Below, in pieces: positions 9,799 to 18,856 of a stretch of 47,034 nucleotides of DNA. Made by a program: the position numbers and the translations under genes. The notes below the pieces were generated by a model, which was not told the DNA's origin, did no database searches, and worked only from the letters and a program-made list of their open reading frames with translations. The stretch covers positions 1 to 47,034 of the forward strand of contig CAZTYO010000003.1 of NCBI GenBank assembly GCA_964617925.1, given 5' to 3'. This DNA is from Candidatus Woesearchaeota archaeon. Lineage in GTDB: Archaea; Nanobdellota; Nanobdellia; SCGC-AAA011-G17; PNOQ01. Every line of letters begins with the position of its first letter. Position 1 is the first letter of the stretch.

Positions 9799-10729
9799 AG
9801 ATATACAGAAAAAAGTATTGGAAAAACAAGGCTATAGGTTTGTTGGGAACCATAGCGCAGTAAAAATTTGCACATATACTAAGAATGCCTTAATTGGAAA
9901 AGGAACTTGTTATAAAGAAAAATTTTATGGACTAAAAAGTCACCAATGTGTTCAGATGACTACTTCGATGACTTGTCCAAATAGGTGTCAATTTTGTTGG
10001 AGATCCTTAGAATCTGGAACAGACATAACTATGGCGGCAGGCATTGATAATTCGTCAGATATAGTAGACGGGTGTTTTGAACAACAGAGATTATTGTTAA
10101 GTGGTTTCGGAGGACATAAAAATTTTGATACTAAAAAATTTGAAGAAGCAAAGCACCCCAAATATTTTGCTATAAGTTTAACTGGCGAACCAACTATGTA
10201 TCCAAAGTTAAATGGTTTTATTTCAGAGTTAAGAAAAAGAAAATGTGTATCTTTTTTAGTTACAAATGGTATGTTTCCCGAATCTTTAGAGAAATTAAAA
10301 GAATTACCAACTCAACTATATTTATCATTAGATGCTCCAACAAAAGAATTATACAAAGAAATAGACAATCCTATTTTAAAAGATTACTGGGAAAGGATGA
10401 ATCAATCACTAGAGATTTTATCAAAATTAAATACAAGAAAAGTGATTAGAATAACTGCCGTAAAAAATCTAAATATGTGTAATGAAGAAGATTATGCCAG
10501 GTTAATCAAAATGGCAAATCCTGATTTCTTAGAGGTTAAAGGATACTCTTGGATTGGATCTTCAAGGGAAAGATTGGATGAATTTAACGTACCAACTCAT
10601 AAAGACACAGTAGAGTTTGCAGAAAAATTAGCAGGATTATTAGGTTGGGAAATTTCAAATGAACATAAACCTTCCAGGGCAATACTAATAACAAAAAAAG
10701 ATTTCAAAATTAAACCACTAGAATTTTAG
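9791..10729 (+). CDS. taw1: 4-demethylwyosine synthase TYW1/Taw1 (radical SAM)
   Basis: HSAVKIC...CYKEKFYG..SHQC, CPNRCQFC and AISLTGEPT motifs. Confidence 0.95.
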   Translation: MDKDIQKKVLEKQGYRFVGNHSAVKICTYTKNALIGKGTCYKEKFYGLKSHQCVQMTTSMTCPNRCQFCWRSLESGTDITMAAGIDNSSDIVDGCFEQQRLLLSGFGGHKNFDTKKFEEAKHPKYFAISLTGEPTMYPKLNGFISELRKRKCVSFLVTNGMFPESLEKLKELPTQLYLSLDAPTKELYKEIDNPILKDYWERMNQSLEILSKLNTRKVIRITAVKNLNMCNEEDYARLIKMANPDFLEVKGYSWIGSSRERLDEFNVPTHKDTVEFAEKLAGLLGWEISNEHKPSRAILITKKDFKIKPLEF

Positions 10730-11325
10730 ATTTTTATCATCTTTCCATCTGGTCCAGGATTAACTACAACAGAGGTCTTAATTTTATCAATAACATTAAA
10801 GTTTTCATGCAAATGACCACAGATAACTAAGCTTGGATTATTTTTTTCTATAAACTTTCTTATTGAGTTATTCCCACTATGGCCTAATAATGGCAAATCA
10901 TCAAGTTTTGTTCCATATGGTGGTGCATGAACCAATAAAATAAATTTTTTCTTTTTATTCAAAACTTTTTCAAATTTTTTAGAGATTCTTTCAAAATCTT
11001 TATCTTTTTTAGAAAATGCTCCTCCCCCATATCCAAAGAAAACATAATCTTCTAATTCATAACTTCCACCATCTAAACAAATAACAAAATTAAATTTTTT
11101 ACTTATTTCTTCAAGAGCAATTCCATCTTCATGGTTTCCAGAGATAATTAATAATGGAATTTCAAGATCCTTAAATTTTGAAATAATGTCTTTAACATTT
11201 TTACCCCAATTAGATATATCTCCAGTACAAACTAGAAAATCAGGATTTTCCTTCTTCGCTTTTTTTATAATTAGATCTGTAGATTTTTTACTTCCATGAA
11301 GATCTGTAAATGCTAGTAATTTCAT
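10726..11325 (-). CDS. Calcineurin-like metallophosphoesterase
   Basis: TDLHG, TGD, GNHE, HAPP, CGHLHE and NPG motifs. Confidence 0.93.
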   Translation of the reverse strand: MKLLAFTDLHGSKKSTDLIIKKAKKENPDFLVCTGDISNWGKNVKDIISKFKDLEIPLLIISGNHEDGIALEEISKKFNFVICLDGGSYELEDYVFFGYGGGAFSKKDKDFERISKKFEKVLNKKKKFILLVHAPPYGTKLDDLPLLGHSGNNSIRKFIEKNNPSLVICGHLHENFNVIDKIKTSVVVNPGPDGKMIKI

Positions 11326-11370
11326 ACATCATCTTCATGTAGTCTCATTTTTAATGTTTTCTAATTTTGA

Positions 11371-11499
11371 TTAATTAGATTTTAACCAGTGATTATTGGC
11401 AGATTCTTTAGAACATTTACTAATAAATCTCCAATAACTTCTCGCATTATCAATAGACATAAATTCAGACCAACCAACATATTTAGATTTTTTAATCAT
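11371..11499 (-). CDS. Putative small protein (42 aa)
   Basis: Not in the ORF track. Translation: MIKKSKYVGWSEFMSIDNARSYWRFISKCSKESANNHWLKSN*. AGGTGA RBS 7 nt upstream, with a TATATAAA box further upstream. Confidence 0.55.
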   Translation of the reverse strand: MIKKSKYVGWSEFMSIDNARSYWRFISKCSKESANNHWLKSN

Positions 11500-11567
11500 T
11501 TTAGCATCACCTATAAATAATTAGTTGCTTCATTTATATAGAACTCGCAGGCACATGACAATGACAA

Positions 11568-12623
11568 TCAAAAATCAGTTAGTTTCTTGCCATAATTTAT
11601 AATTCTGGCCTTCCCTTCATTTTCTTCTACTTCAATCATATGATTTTCTAGCAATTCATCAATCTTACGATAAAATGTTCGATAAGATTTGCTTCCACCC
11701 TTTTCAGAATAAATTTCAAATAATTCTTTTATAGTTTTACCAGAATTTTCTTTTATAATTTCAATTAAGTTATTCTCTTCTTCTCCGAAGTCTCCAATGT
11801 TTTTTATTTTAAAATCAGTACTAAAATTTTTGATTGCTTTTTTTGCATGTTCAATTCCAATTTTTCTAGATGCCTTTCTCTCTGCTACCTCTGCTGATTT
11901 TTTTAATAAGAATAATCCGCTTCGGATGTCTTTAAGTTCCCATGTTTTTTTCGCAATCAGATCAAATGCTTCAGTCTCTAATACTCTTTGAACAAAAGCA
12001 TATTTGCTTCTTTCTTCAAGGATGCCCGAGGTTTCAGAAGAACTGTAAGGTTGAAATTCCAAAGTTTGTGGAACTAATCGGGATCTAATTCTATCATCAA
12101 GATCTGCAATCCAATCTTTATAATTTGTAATCATAATTATTGTTTTTTTATTCAAATCTTCACAAAGGTTGTAAATAACATCTGTATCTTTTGCTTTATC
12201 TATTTCATCTAAACAAATAACTGCAGATTTTCTATTGAGAATTTCGACTACACTTTTTAGTAATTCATCTGTGCCTTTATTGTGGGTCCACTTATACCCA
12301 ATTTGTTTACAGATTTCTAAAACAATTCTATGGCTAGTATCTTTTTTCCAACAGTTTATGTAAATTGGAACTATATTTCCAGCCTCATCTTCTATTTCTC
12401 TAAATAAATATTTCACTGCAAGAGTTTTACCGACACCAGGAGAACCATGAATAAATAGATTTCCTCCATCCCTATCATTGAAAAGAGGTTTAATTGCATA
12501 GGCTATTTCTTGTTGTTGGTTCTCTCTATATTTTATAGGTTTAGGAATATAATCATAGTCTAAGGGAATTTCATCTTTAATTAAACTTTCATCCTCTTTT
12601 AGAATTTTATCATACAAACCCAT
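11568..12623 (-). CDS. cdc6: Orc1/Cdc6 family replication initiator
   Basis: Walker A GSPGVGKT, YINC, Walker B CLDEID, RIRSRL, DIR sensor, C-terminal winged helix. Confidence 0.95.
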   Translation of the reverse strand: MGLYDKILKEDESLIKDEIPLDYDYIPKPIKYRENQQQEIAYAIKPLFNDRDGGNLFIHGSPGVGKTLAVKYLFREIEDEAGNIVPIYINCWKKDTSHRIVLEICKQIGYKWTHNKGTDELLKSVVEILNRKSAVICLDEIDKAKDTDVIYNLCEDLNKKTIIMITNYKDWIADLDDRIRSRLVPQTLEFQPYSSSETSGILEERSKYAFVQRVLETEAFDLIAKKTWELKDIRSGLFLLKKSAEVAERKASRKIGIEHAKKAIKNFSTDFKIKNIGDFGEEENNLIEIIKENSGKTIKELFEIYSEKGGSKSYRTFYRKIDELLENHMIEVEENEGKARIINYGKKLTDF

Positions 12624-12664
12624 ATTAGAAAGAAAAATAAATGGAGATATAAAACTTTCTAAAA

Positions 12665-13021
12665 TTACAATTCTTTAAGTGTTCTATTATTTGAAGTAAC
12701 AATTCTTAATCCTATTCCAAGTTTCATAATTGCAGCAAATAATGCCATATGTTCCTTGCCAGTTCCAGAAATAAAATTGATTGCAACTTCTGTGCCAGTT
12801 ACTTTTTCTTTAAGTTCTTCTATTATTTTATCTCTTAATTCATCTACTTCCATGTTTTGATCAACAACCATCAATTCAACATTTTCTTTGGCCGAGAAAT
12901 TTTCCTTGCCAAAATCATTTGTGATAAGAAATATTTTTTCCCATTCTTCACTTTCTATCAAATCAGTAATTTGTGCCCAAGTTCCTTTTCCAGTCGATAA
13001 ACAAGCAATTAATTCTGTCAT
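12665..13021 (-). CDS. Conserved hypothetical protein with predicted CARF-like Rossmann fold
   Basis: Alternating beta/alpha pattern with LIACLSTGKGT and VAINFISGTGK motifs. The fold is my inference. Confidence 0.6.
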   Translation of the reverse strand: MTELIACLSTGKGTWAQITDLIESEEWEKIFLITNDFGKENFSAKENVELMVVDQNMEVDELRDKIIEELKEKVTGTEVAINFISGTGKEHMALFAAIMKLGIGLRIVTSNNRTLKEL

Positions 13022-13113
13022 AATAAATAAAATGAGTAAATTCTATATAAGGTTTATTGTATTGATTATAGATAAATAAAAAACTATATAAACTTATTAA
13101 GGTAAATTTACTT

Positions 13114-13569
13114 ATGCCCAAAAAGATTTCAAAAGACTTTCCACTGTCGGAAATAACTTTAAGGAGATATGAAAAACCACATTCTATGACGAAGAGGGAG
13201 TTAACTAGAAAACTTTGTTTGTCAGTTGGATTACTACAACCAGGAGATTCTAGGGATATAGTGGTAGATATATTTCAAGTATTGTTAAATAATAGGCATA
13301 GAAAAATATTAATGAATTCAGAAGAGATAAAAGATAAAGTAATTGCTGCAAGAAAAAGACAAAAATTGCCCTTACAAGGAATTGCGGGATCAAATGTACG
13401 AAGACAGATAAAAAGGTTAAAAGATCTTTATCTTGTAGAAAGTATAAAAAATCAATACAGAATTGCAGAGTTTGAAAAAATGTCAGTAATTTTTGAAAAA
13501 CAAATTAAAAATTTTTATTTAAATAATATAATAGAAAGAGTTGAAGAATATTTCAAAGAGATAAAATAA
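13114..13569 (+). CDS. Conserved hypothetical protein with probable winged-helix DNA-binding domain
   Basis: Basic protein; SEEIK...SNVRRQIKRLKDLYLVESIKNQYRI fits a wHTH recognition helix plus wing. Confidence 0.65.
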   Translation: MPKKISKDFPLSEITLRRYEKPHSMTKRELTRKLCLSVGLLQPGDSRDIVVDIFQVLLNNRHRKILMNSEEIKDKVIAARKRQKLPLQGIAGSNVRRQIKRLKDLYLVESIKNQYRIAEFEKMSVIFEKQIKNFYLNNIIERVEEYFKEIK

Positions 13570-13576
13570 TTCTAAA

Positions 13577-14089
13577 ATGATATACGAGCCAGCGGAAGAT
13601 TCATATTTGTTACAAGAACAAGTTAAAAAGTTTGCAAAGTCAGGAATGAAGATTCTAGATATTGGGACAGGATCCGGCATACAAGCCGAAACAGCTAAAA
13701 AAATTGGGGCGAAAGTTCTAGCTATAGATATCAATAAAGAATGTGTAGAATTTACAAGAAAACAAGGAATAGAAACAATTCAATCAGATTTATTTGCAAA
13801 TGTTTCTGGAAAATTTGATTTAATAATTTTTAATCCCCCTTATCTTCCAGAAGAACCATTAGAACCAGAAGATTCGGCACTATCAACTACGGGAGGATTA
13901 GAGGGTTCAGAGATATTAAATAGATTTTTAGAGAAAGCGAAAGATTATTTGAATAAGGGAGGGAAAATCTTGATTGTGGTATCTTCATTAACAAAAGGAA
14001 TTAACAAAGAAGGATATAATTTCAAAAAACTCTCAGAACAAAAGATAGATTTTGAAAAATTAATAACTTATTCAATAGAACCTTTATAA
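13577..14089 (+). CDS. HemK2/Mtq2-type (release factor glutamine) methyltransferase
   Basis: IYEPAEDS, LDIGTGSG and FNPPY motifs. Confidence 0.9.
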   Translation: MIYEPAEDSYLLQEQVKKFAKSGMKILDIGTGSGIQAETAKKIGAKVLAIDINKECVEFTRKQGIETIQSDLFANVSGKFDLIIFNPPYLPEEPLEPEDSALSTTGGLEGSEILNRFLEKAKDYLNKGGKILIVVSSLTKGINKEGYNFKKLSEQKIDFEKLITYSIEPL

Positions 14090-14794
14090 CTTTTCAAGTG
14101 AATAAACTTTTTCTTCCATAATATCTCTAGATATTTTACAAAAATTCATATTTCCTTTTTCATCTATTGGAAATTTTTCAAATTCTTGAATGTAATGGAA
14201 TGGTTCGCCAAAAATAACTTCTACACTTTCAAACTTGGGCCAGGGAGAATCCTTTTTACCATTCATTTGTATATAAGTAGGAAATATTTTAGGATTGTCT
14301 AAACCAAAAACTAACCTGCCCAGGCCAGAATATATTTTTAGTTTTTCTTCCGGATTAACTTTTGACTTTTGTCCACTTGAACCTTCTGGGAATATCAAAA
14401 CATATTCATTTTTGTCTATATATTCTTTGGATTTTTCCACTAATCCATTTTTTGTAGCAGGTATTTGTTGTAATAAATTTAAAATTGGTTTTCTAATTGG
14501 ATTTTTATAATAATTTTTGGATACAATTGCATGGAATCTTTGATTCCGATTTAAGTATGCTCCAATTAATAATTGATCAACAGAATATTTGTGTAGTATT
14601 GGTTCACCTTTTGAATCCTTTTTGTAAATCCAGTCATCTCTAGGCGTATCATGGTTAGAAACAATAATTCCTCCTTCAGTATCAGTTAGTATATTCTCCA
14701 ACCCTTCAGTTTGAACATTATATCCAGTTTCAAAAAAGAATCTTAGCGATCTACTAAAAAAATCATACATTCCATTCCTAAGTATATCTTCCAT
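14084..14794 (-). CDS. PlsC-like lysophospholipid / glycerol-phosphate acyltransferase
   Basis: EGLENI...IIVSNH, HX4D, LIFPEG, VIFGEPF. Confidence 0.8.
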   Translation of the reverse strand: MEDILRNGMYDFFSRSLRFFFETGYNVQTEGLENILTDTEGGIIVSNHDTPRDDWIYKKDSKGEPILHKYSVDQLLIGAYLNRNQRFHAIVSKNYYKNPIRKPILNLLQQIPATKNGLVEKSKEYIDKNEYVLIFPEGSSGQKSKVNPEEKLKIYSGLGRLVFGLDNPKIFPTYIQMNGKKDSPWPKFESVEVIFGEPFHYIQEFEKFPIDEKGNMNFCKISRDIMEEKVYSLEKL

Positions 14795-14864
14795 TTTATA
14801 AAAAAATAATTTAGATAAACTTATAAATATTTCAATTTAAGAAAAATTCGATATTTCGGTTAAT

Positions 14865-15209
14865 TTAGAGGGGAATTAAGAAAGCAGATAAGCCAAAAAA
14901 TACCATTAATCCATCCAATAATATGTGTAATGCCCACCCTAAACCAAACCACTGATATTTTTTGATCATAGAAAGAATACTTATGGGAAGTATGGACCAC
15001 CATCCGTGAAGGAATAGTTTATTCAAACCATATTCTTGTTAAAACAATGAATCTCCAGAAAAAAGTCTGAACAAATGATCGATATCTATAGCATTAGATG
15101 CAAACATCATCCAAAGGGGAGAATAATCTCCATTTTTTATAAATTTTAATTTGACTGCAACTAAATAAACAAAATAATTAACTGCAAGATGATATGGTAA
15201 AATTGGCAT
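14865..15209 (-). pseudogene. Small membrane metal-binding hydrolase-like gene (YdjM/DUF6122-like) interrupted by an in-frame TAA
   Basis: 114-codon frame MPILPYHLAV...DIDHLFRLFSGDSLF*QEYGLNKLFLHGWW...LHILLDGL...IPL*; the stop is at 15039-15041. Confidence 0.7.
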
Positions 15210-15306
15210 AAGTCTATCAAATAGTTATAGTTTATTAAATTTTCTTAGAACTGGAATATAGTGGATTCCAAAAACTTTATAAACAATCCAAAAACCAATC
15301 ATAGTA

Positions 15307-15334
15307 CCCAATATTACTACGTTCAGTAGGAGGG
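15307..15334 (+). promoter_or_regulatory. Putative ribosomal protein L1-binding autoregulatory RNA element overlapping the rpl1 RBS
   Basis: CCC-AATATTA-CTAC-GTTCA-GTAG-GA-GGG folds into two helices with a 7x2 asymmetric loop like known L1 sites; TATA box at about 15276-15283. Confidence 0.7.
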
Positions 15335-15340
15335 AGTTAA

Positions 15341-16111
15341 ATGGATAGAAAAATAATATTAGATTCGGTAAAAAAAGTAAGAGAGATTTCTAAAAAAAGA
15401 AAATTTGATCAAACATTTGATATAAGTATAAATTTAAAACAGTTAGATTTTAAAAATCCAAATGGAAAAATAGATTTATTTTTACAATTAATTAATCCAA
15501 AATCAAAAAGGCCTAAGATTTGTGCATTAGTAGATAAAGAACTAAGCACAAAAGCAAAAATATTCGACAAAGTAGTATTGAAAGATGATTTTGTGAAATA
15601 TAAAAAAGATAAAAAAGAATTAAAAAAATTAGGTGCAGATTATGATTATTTTGTTGCTCAAGCAAATCTGATGCCGGAGGTTGCTGCAACATTCGGTAAA
15701 GTTTTGGGTCAAAAAGGAAAAATGCCAAATCCAAAAGCTGGATGCGTTGTTCCACCAACAATAGATCTTGAACCATTAAAAGAAAGATTAAGTAATCAGG
15801 TTAGGGCAGTAACTAAAGACCAAATAGTGATAAAAGTTCCAGTAGGTTCAGAAGGAATGAGTGATGAAGATATATCAAACAACATTTCTACAGTATACAA
15901 TGCAATTATTAGTGCAGCCCCAAGAAAGGAACAAAATATTAAATCAGTATTTTTAAAATTAACAATGAGTCCATCAGTTCAATTAACTGAAAATGGAGTT
16001 GTTGTAACAATTAAGGAAAGGAAAGAAGAAGTTTCTAAGAAGGAAACTCCTAAAAAAGCTGAAAAGATAAAAAAAGTTGAAGAAGTAAAGGAGACTAAAG
16101 AAGATGAGTAA
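15341..16111 (+). CDS. rpl1: 50S ribosomal protein L1 (uL1)
   Basis: RKFDQTFD...LGQKGKMPNP...LKLTMSP. Confidence 0.97.
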   Translation: MDRKIILDSVKKVREISKKRKFDQTFDISINLKQLDFKNPNGKIDLFLQLINPKSKRPKICALVDKELSTKAKIFDKVVLKDDFVKYKKDKKELKKLGADYDYFVAQANLMPEVAATFGKVLGQKGKMPNPKAGCVVPPTIDLEPLKERLSNQVRAVTKDQIVIKVPVGSEGMSDEDISNNISTVYNAIISAAPRKEQNIKSVFLKLTMSPSVQLTENGVVVTIKERKEEVSKKETPKKAEKIKKVEEVKETKEDE

Positions 16112-17183
16112 ACCAAAAGCTCATGTATCTGAAGCAAAGAAGAAAGAAGTAGTAGCAATAACTTCATTATTAGAAAAATCTTCAGTAGTAGGTTTAATAG
16201 ATTTAACAAATTTACCTTCTCCTCAATTTCAAAAAATAAAACACAAATTAAAAGATAAATTAAAAGTTGTGGTAACAAAGAAAAGTATAATTAAAAGAGC
16301 ATTAGAAAAAGCAGATGAAAAAAAGAAAGGATTAAAAGAATTTGAAGGAATGTTAGAAAATTGCATGCCTGCTTTATTATTATCAGAAGAAGATCCATTC
16401 AAAATATCAAAATCATTAGATAAAAACAAATCAAATGCTCCAGCAAAAGTTGGACAAATTACTCCGAGAGCAATAGTTATTCCTGCAGGACCAACTGCAT
16501 TTGCAGCAGGACCAATAATCGGAGAACTTGGAAAAGCAGGAATTAAAGCTACAATTGAAGGTGGAAAAGTAGTAATTCAAGAAGATAAATTATTGTTAAG
16601 TCCTGGAGATGAAATTGACCAAGGCGCAGCAGACTTATTATCAAAATTTAAAATAGAACCAATAGAAATTGGCCTAAATGTGATGGGAATATATAAAGAC
16701 GGAGAAATCTTCGAGAGAGAAGTATTAACAGTAGATGAAGGAGAATATAGAAAACAAATAACTCAAGCAGCACATGAAGCAATAAATCTTGCAGTATTTT
16801 CAACATATCCATCAAAGGATGTAATAGAATTATTATTGAGAAAAGCTGAATCAGATAGCCTAGCCCTTGAGAGTTCTCAAAAACTATTAGAAAAAATAGA
16901 ATCTGGATCTCCTAAAGAAGAGGCCCCTAAGGAAAAACCTAAAGTAGAAGAAAAAGCTACTGAAGAAGTTTCAAAAGAAGAACCCCAAAAAGAGGACAAT
17001 TCACAGTCAGAAAATCAAGAAGCACCGGAGGAAGCTCCAAAAGAAGTAACTGACAATTCACCTGAATCATCAGAATCAGGTTCAAAAGACGAAGGCCAGG
17101 GTGAATATTCGGAAGAAGATTCCAAAAAGGCACAAGAAATCATTAATGAAATGAAGGATAAGGAAATAAGCGGAGGAAACTAA
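16104..17183 (+). CDS. rplP0: Acidic ribosomal protein P0 (uL10) with long acidic tail
   Basis: [10 protein letters not shown]...IPAGPT...GP; L1-P0-P1 operon. Confidence 0.95.
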   Translation: MSKPKAHVSEAKKKEVVAITSLLEKSSVVGLIDLTNLPSPQFQKIKHKLKDKLKVVVTKKSIIKRALEKADEKKKGLKEFEGMLENCMPALLLSEEDPFKISKSLDKNKSNAPAKVGQITPRAIVIPAGPTAFAAGPIIGELGKAGIKATIEGGKVVIQEDKLLLSPGDEIDQGAADLLSKFKIEPIEIGLNVMGIYKDGEIFEREVLTVDEGEYRKQITQAAHEAINLAVFSTYPSKDVIELLLRKAESDSLALESSQKLLEKIESGSPKEEAPKEKPKVEEKATEEVSKEEPQKEDNSQSENQEAPEEAPKEVTDNSPESSESGSKDEGQGEYSEEDSKKAQEIINEMKDKEISGGN

Positions 17184-17184
17184 C

Positions 17185-17496
17185 ATGGAATTAATTTACG
17201 TAGCACTATTACTTCACAAATCAGGAAAAGATATTACTGAAGATTCAGTAAAGAAAGTTCTTGAAGCAGCAGGATCATCAGTAGATGATGTTAAGATAAA
17301 AGCTTTAATTGCAGCACTTGATGGCGTTAACATCGAAGAAGCTATAAAAGAAGCAGCAGTTACACCAGCAGCCGCACCAGCAGCAGAAGGTGGAGAAGCT
17401 AAAGCAGACAATGCTGTAGAAGAAGAAAAGAAAGCTGAAGAAGAAGAAAAGAAGAAAGAAGAAGCAGCTGCCGGACTAGGTTCACTATTCGGCTAA
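17185..17496 (+). CDS. rpl12p: Ribosomal stalk protein aP1 (L12)
   Basis: [11 protein letters not shown]..., Ala-rich hinge, C-terminal GLGSLFG. Confidence 0.97.
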   Translation: MELIYVALLLHKSGKDITEDSVKKVLEAAGSSVDDVKIKALIAALDGVNIEEAIKEAAVTPAAAPAAEGGEAKADNAVEEEKKAEEEEKKKEEAAAGLGSLFG

Positions 17497-17532
17497 TTTT
17501 TCTTTTTTATTTATTGTTGGGACGCAAAGCAA

Positions 17533-18429
17533 ATGGAAGGAAAGAAAGATAATCACAAGAGGTTGAAATCTCTAAAATCAGAGATTTCAACGATTAGAAA
17601 AGAGTTAAACAAATTAAACGTTGAGAAGGAAAAGTGGTTCGCTAAAAAAGAAGACCAAAAAAAAGAAATAGCCGATTTTATAAAAAAAATAAAAGAGTTA
17701 AAAGTATCAAAAGATAGTGTTTCTACAGAAATTAAAGAATTAAAAGAAAAGAGAGACAAATATAACAAAGAAGTTCAAGATTTAATTGAATCTTATAAAA
17801 AATTATCAAAAAAGAAAGAAGAATTTTTAGCAAAAACAAAAATCGCAAGTAATCCAGATCAAATTATGGATACTATAGAAAAAATAGAAAAGAAAATTGA
17901 AACAGAAGTTTTACCTTTTCATAAAGAACAAACATTAATGAAACAATTAAAGAGTCTTAAGAAAGCATTAGCTGAGACTGCTGGAATAAAAGATGTTTTA
18001 GATGCAATTAGAGGAATTTCTGAACAAATCACAATTGCAAAAGATAAAGCACAAAGATTTCACAATAAATTAAGAACTGGATTTGTTCAAAATAAAGATA
18101 GTTATTCTGAATTTATGAAATTAACTAAGAAAATTACAAAATTAAAAAAAGAACAAGAAGAATCATTCGGCAAATTCATAAATGCTAAGAAAGAGTTTGC
18201 AAAAGTTAATAACGATTTAAAAGAAAAATTAATGGAATCAAAAGGAATTCAAGAGAAGTTAGGAATAATAAAAGTAGGAAAACAAAAAGCAAAAAAACAA
18301 AAGATGACTGATGAATTAAAAAAGAAATCTGAAGAAGTTGAAGAAAAGATTAAAACAAAGAAAAAATTAACTACAGAAGATCTACTTGTCTTCCAAAAGA
18401 TGGAAGAAGAAAAAGATGTCCATAATTAA
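17533..18429 (+). CDS. Archaeal coiled-coil protein (COG1340-like)
   Basis: Long heptad repeats; C-terminal KKKLTTEDLLVFQ. Confidence 0.75.
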   Translation: MEGKKDNHKRLKSLKSEISTIRKELNKLNVEKEKWFAKKEDQKKEIADFIKKIKELKVSKDSVSTEIKELKEKRDKYNKEVQDLIESYKKLSKKKEEFLAKTKIASNPDQIMDTIEKIEKKIETEVLPFHKEQTLMKQLKSLKKALAETAGIKDVLDAIRGISEQITIAKDKAQRFHNKLRTGFVQNKDSYSEFMKLTKKITKLKKEQEESFGKFINAKKEFAKVNNDLKEKLMESKGIQEKLGIIKVGKQKAKKQKMTDELKKKSEEVEEKIKTKKKLTTEDLLVFQKMEEEKDVHN

Positions 18430-18856
18430 ACTAATAATTCTCAGTATGCTTCCGGTTTCAGAGTTAAGGGGAGCAATAGTATATTCAAAATTAATTGGTA
18501 TGAATCAATTTGTTTCATTTTTGTTAGCAACTGGTACAAATATTGTAATAGTTCCATTCTTATTTTTATTCTTAGAATTTGTACATGATCACTTAACAAA
18601 ATACAAAGTATATAGAAAAGTGATTGAGTTTCAAATAAAAAGAACAAGAAGAAAAATAGAGAAACATATAGGCACAAAATGGGAGTTCCCAGCATTATAC
18701 CTTTTAGTAGCAATTCCTTTGCCATTTACTGGCGCATATACTGGAGTCTTGGCAGCATGGTTATTCAAGTTAAATAGAAAGAAATCATTGAAAGCAATAA
18801 TACTAGGAATAATAACTGCAGGAATTTTAATGTCTTCTGGGCTTACTTTGTTTTAA
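18416..18856 (+). CDS. Small multidrug export family membrane protein (COG2426)
   Basis: LPVSELRGAI and VAIPLPFTGAYTG motifs. Confidence 0.88.
   Translation: MSIIKLIILSMLPVSELRGAIVYSKLIGMNQFVSFLLATGTNIVIVPFLFLFLEFVHDHLTKYKVYRKVIEFQIKRTRRKIEKHIGTKWEFPALYLLVAIPLPFTGAYTGVLAAWLFKLNRKKSLKAIILGIITAGILMSSGLTLF

Noticed and set aside
11500-13113. Replication origin (ORB repeats) near cdc6
   Set aside because: No repeated TTCCAGTGGAAAC/G-string elements were found, and the intergenic gaps are short.
15039-15041. Stop-codon reassignment
   Set aside because: TAA terminates many conserved genes in the window normally; this is a single case.
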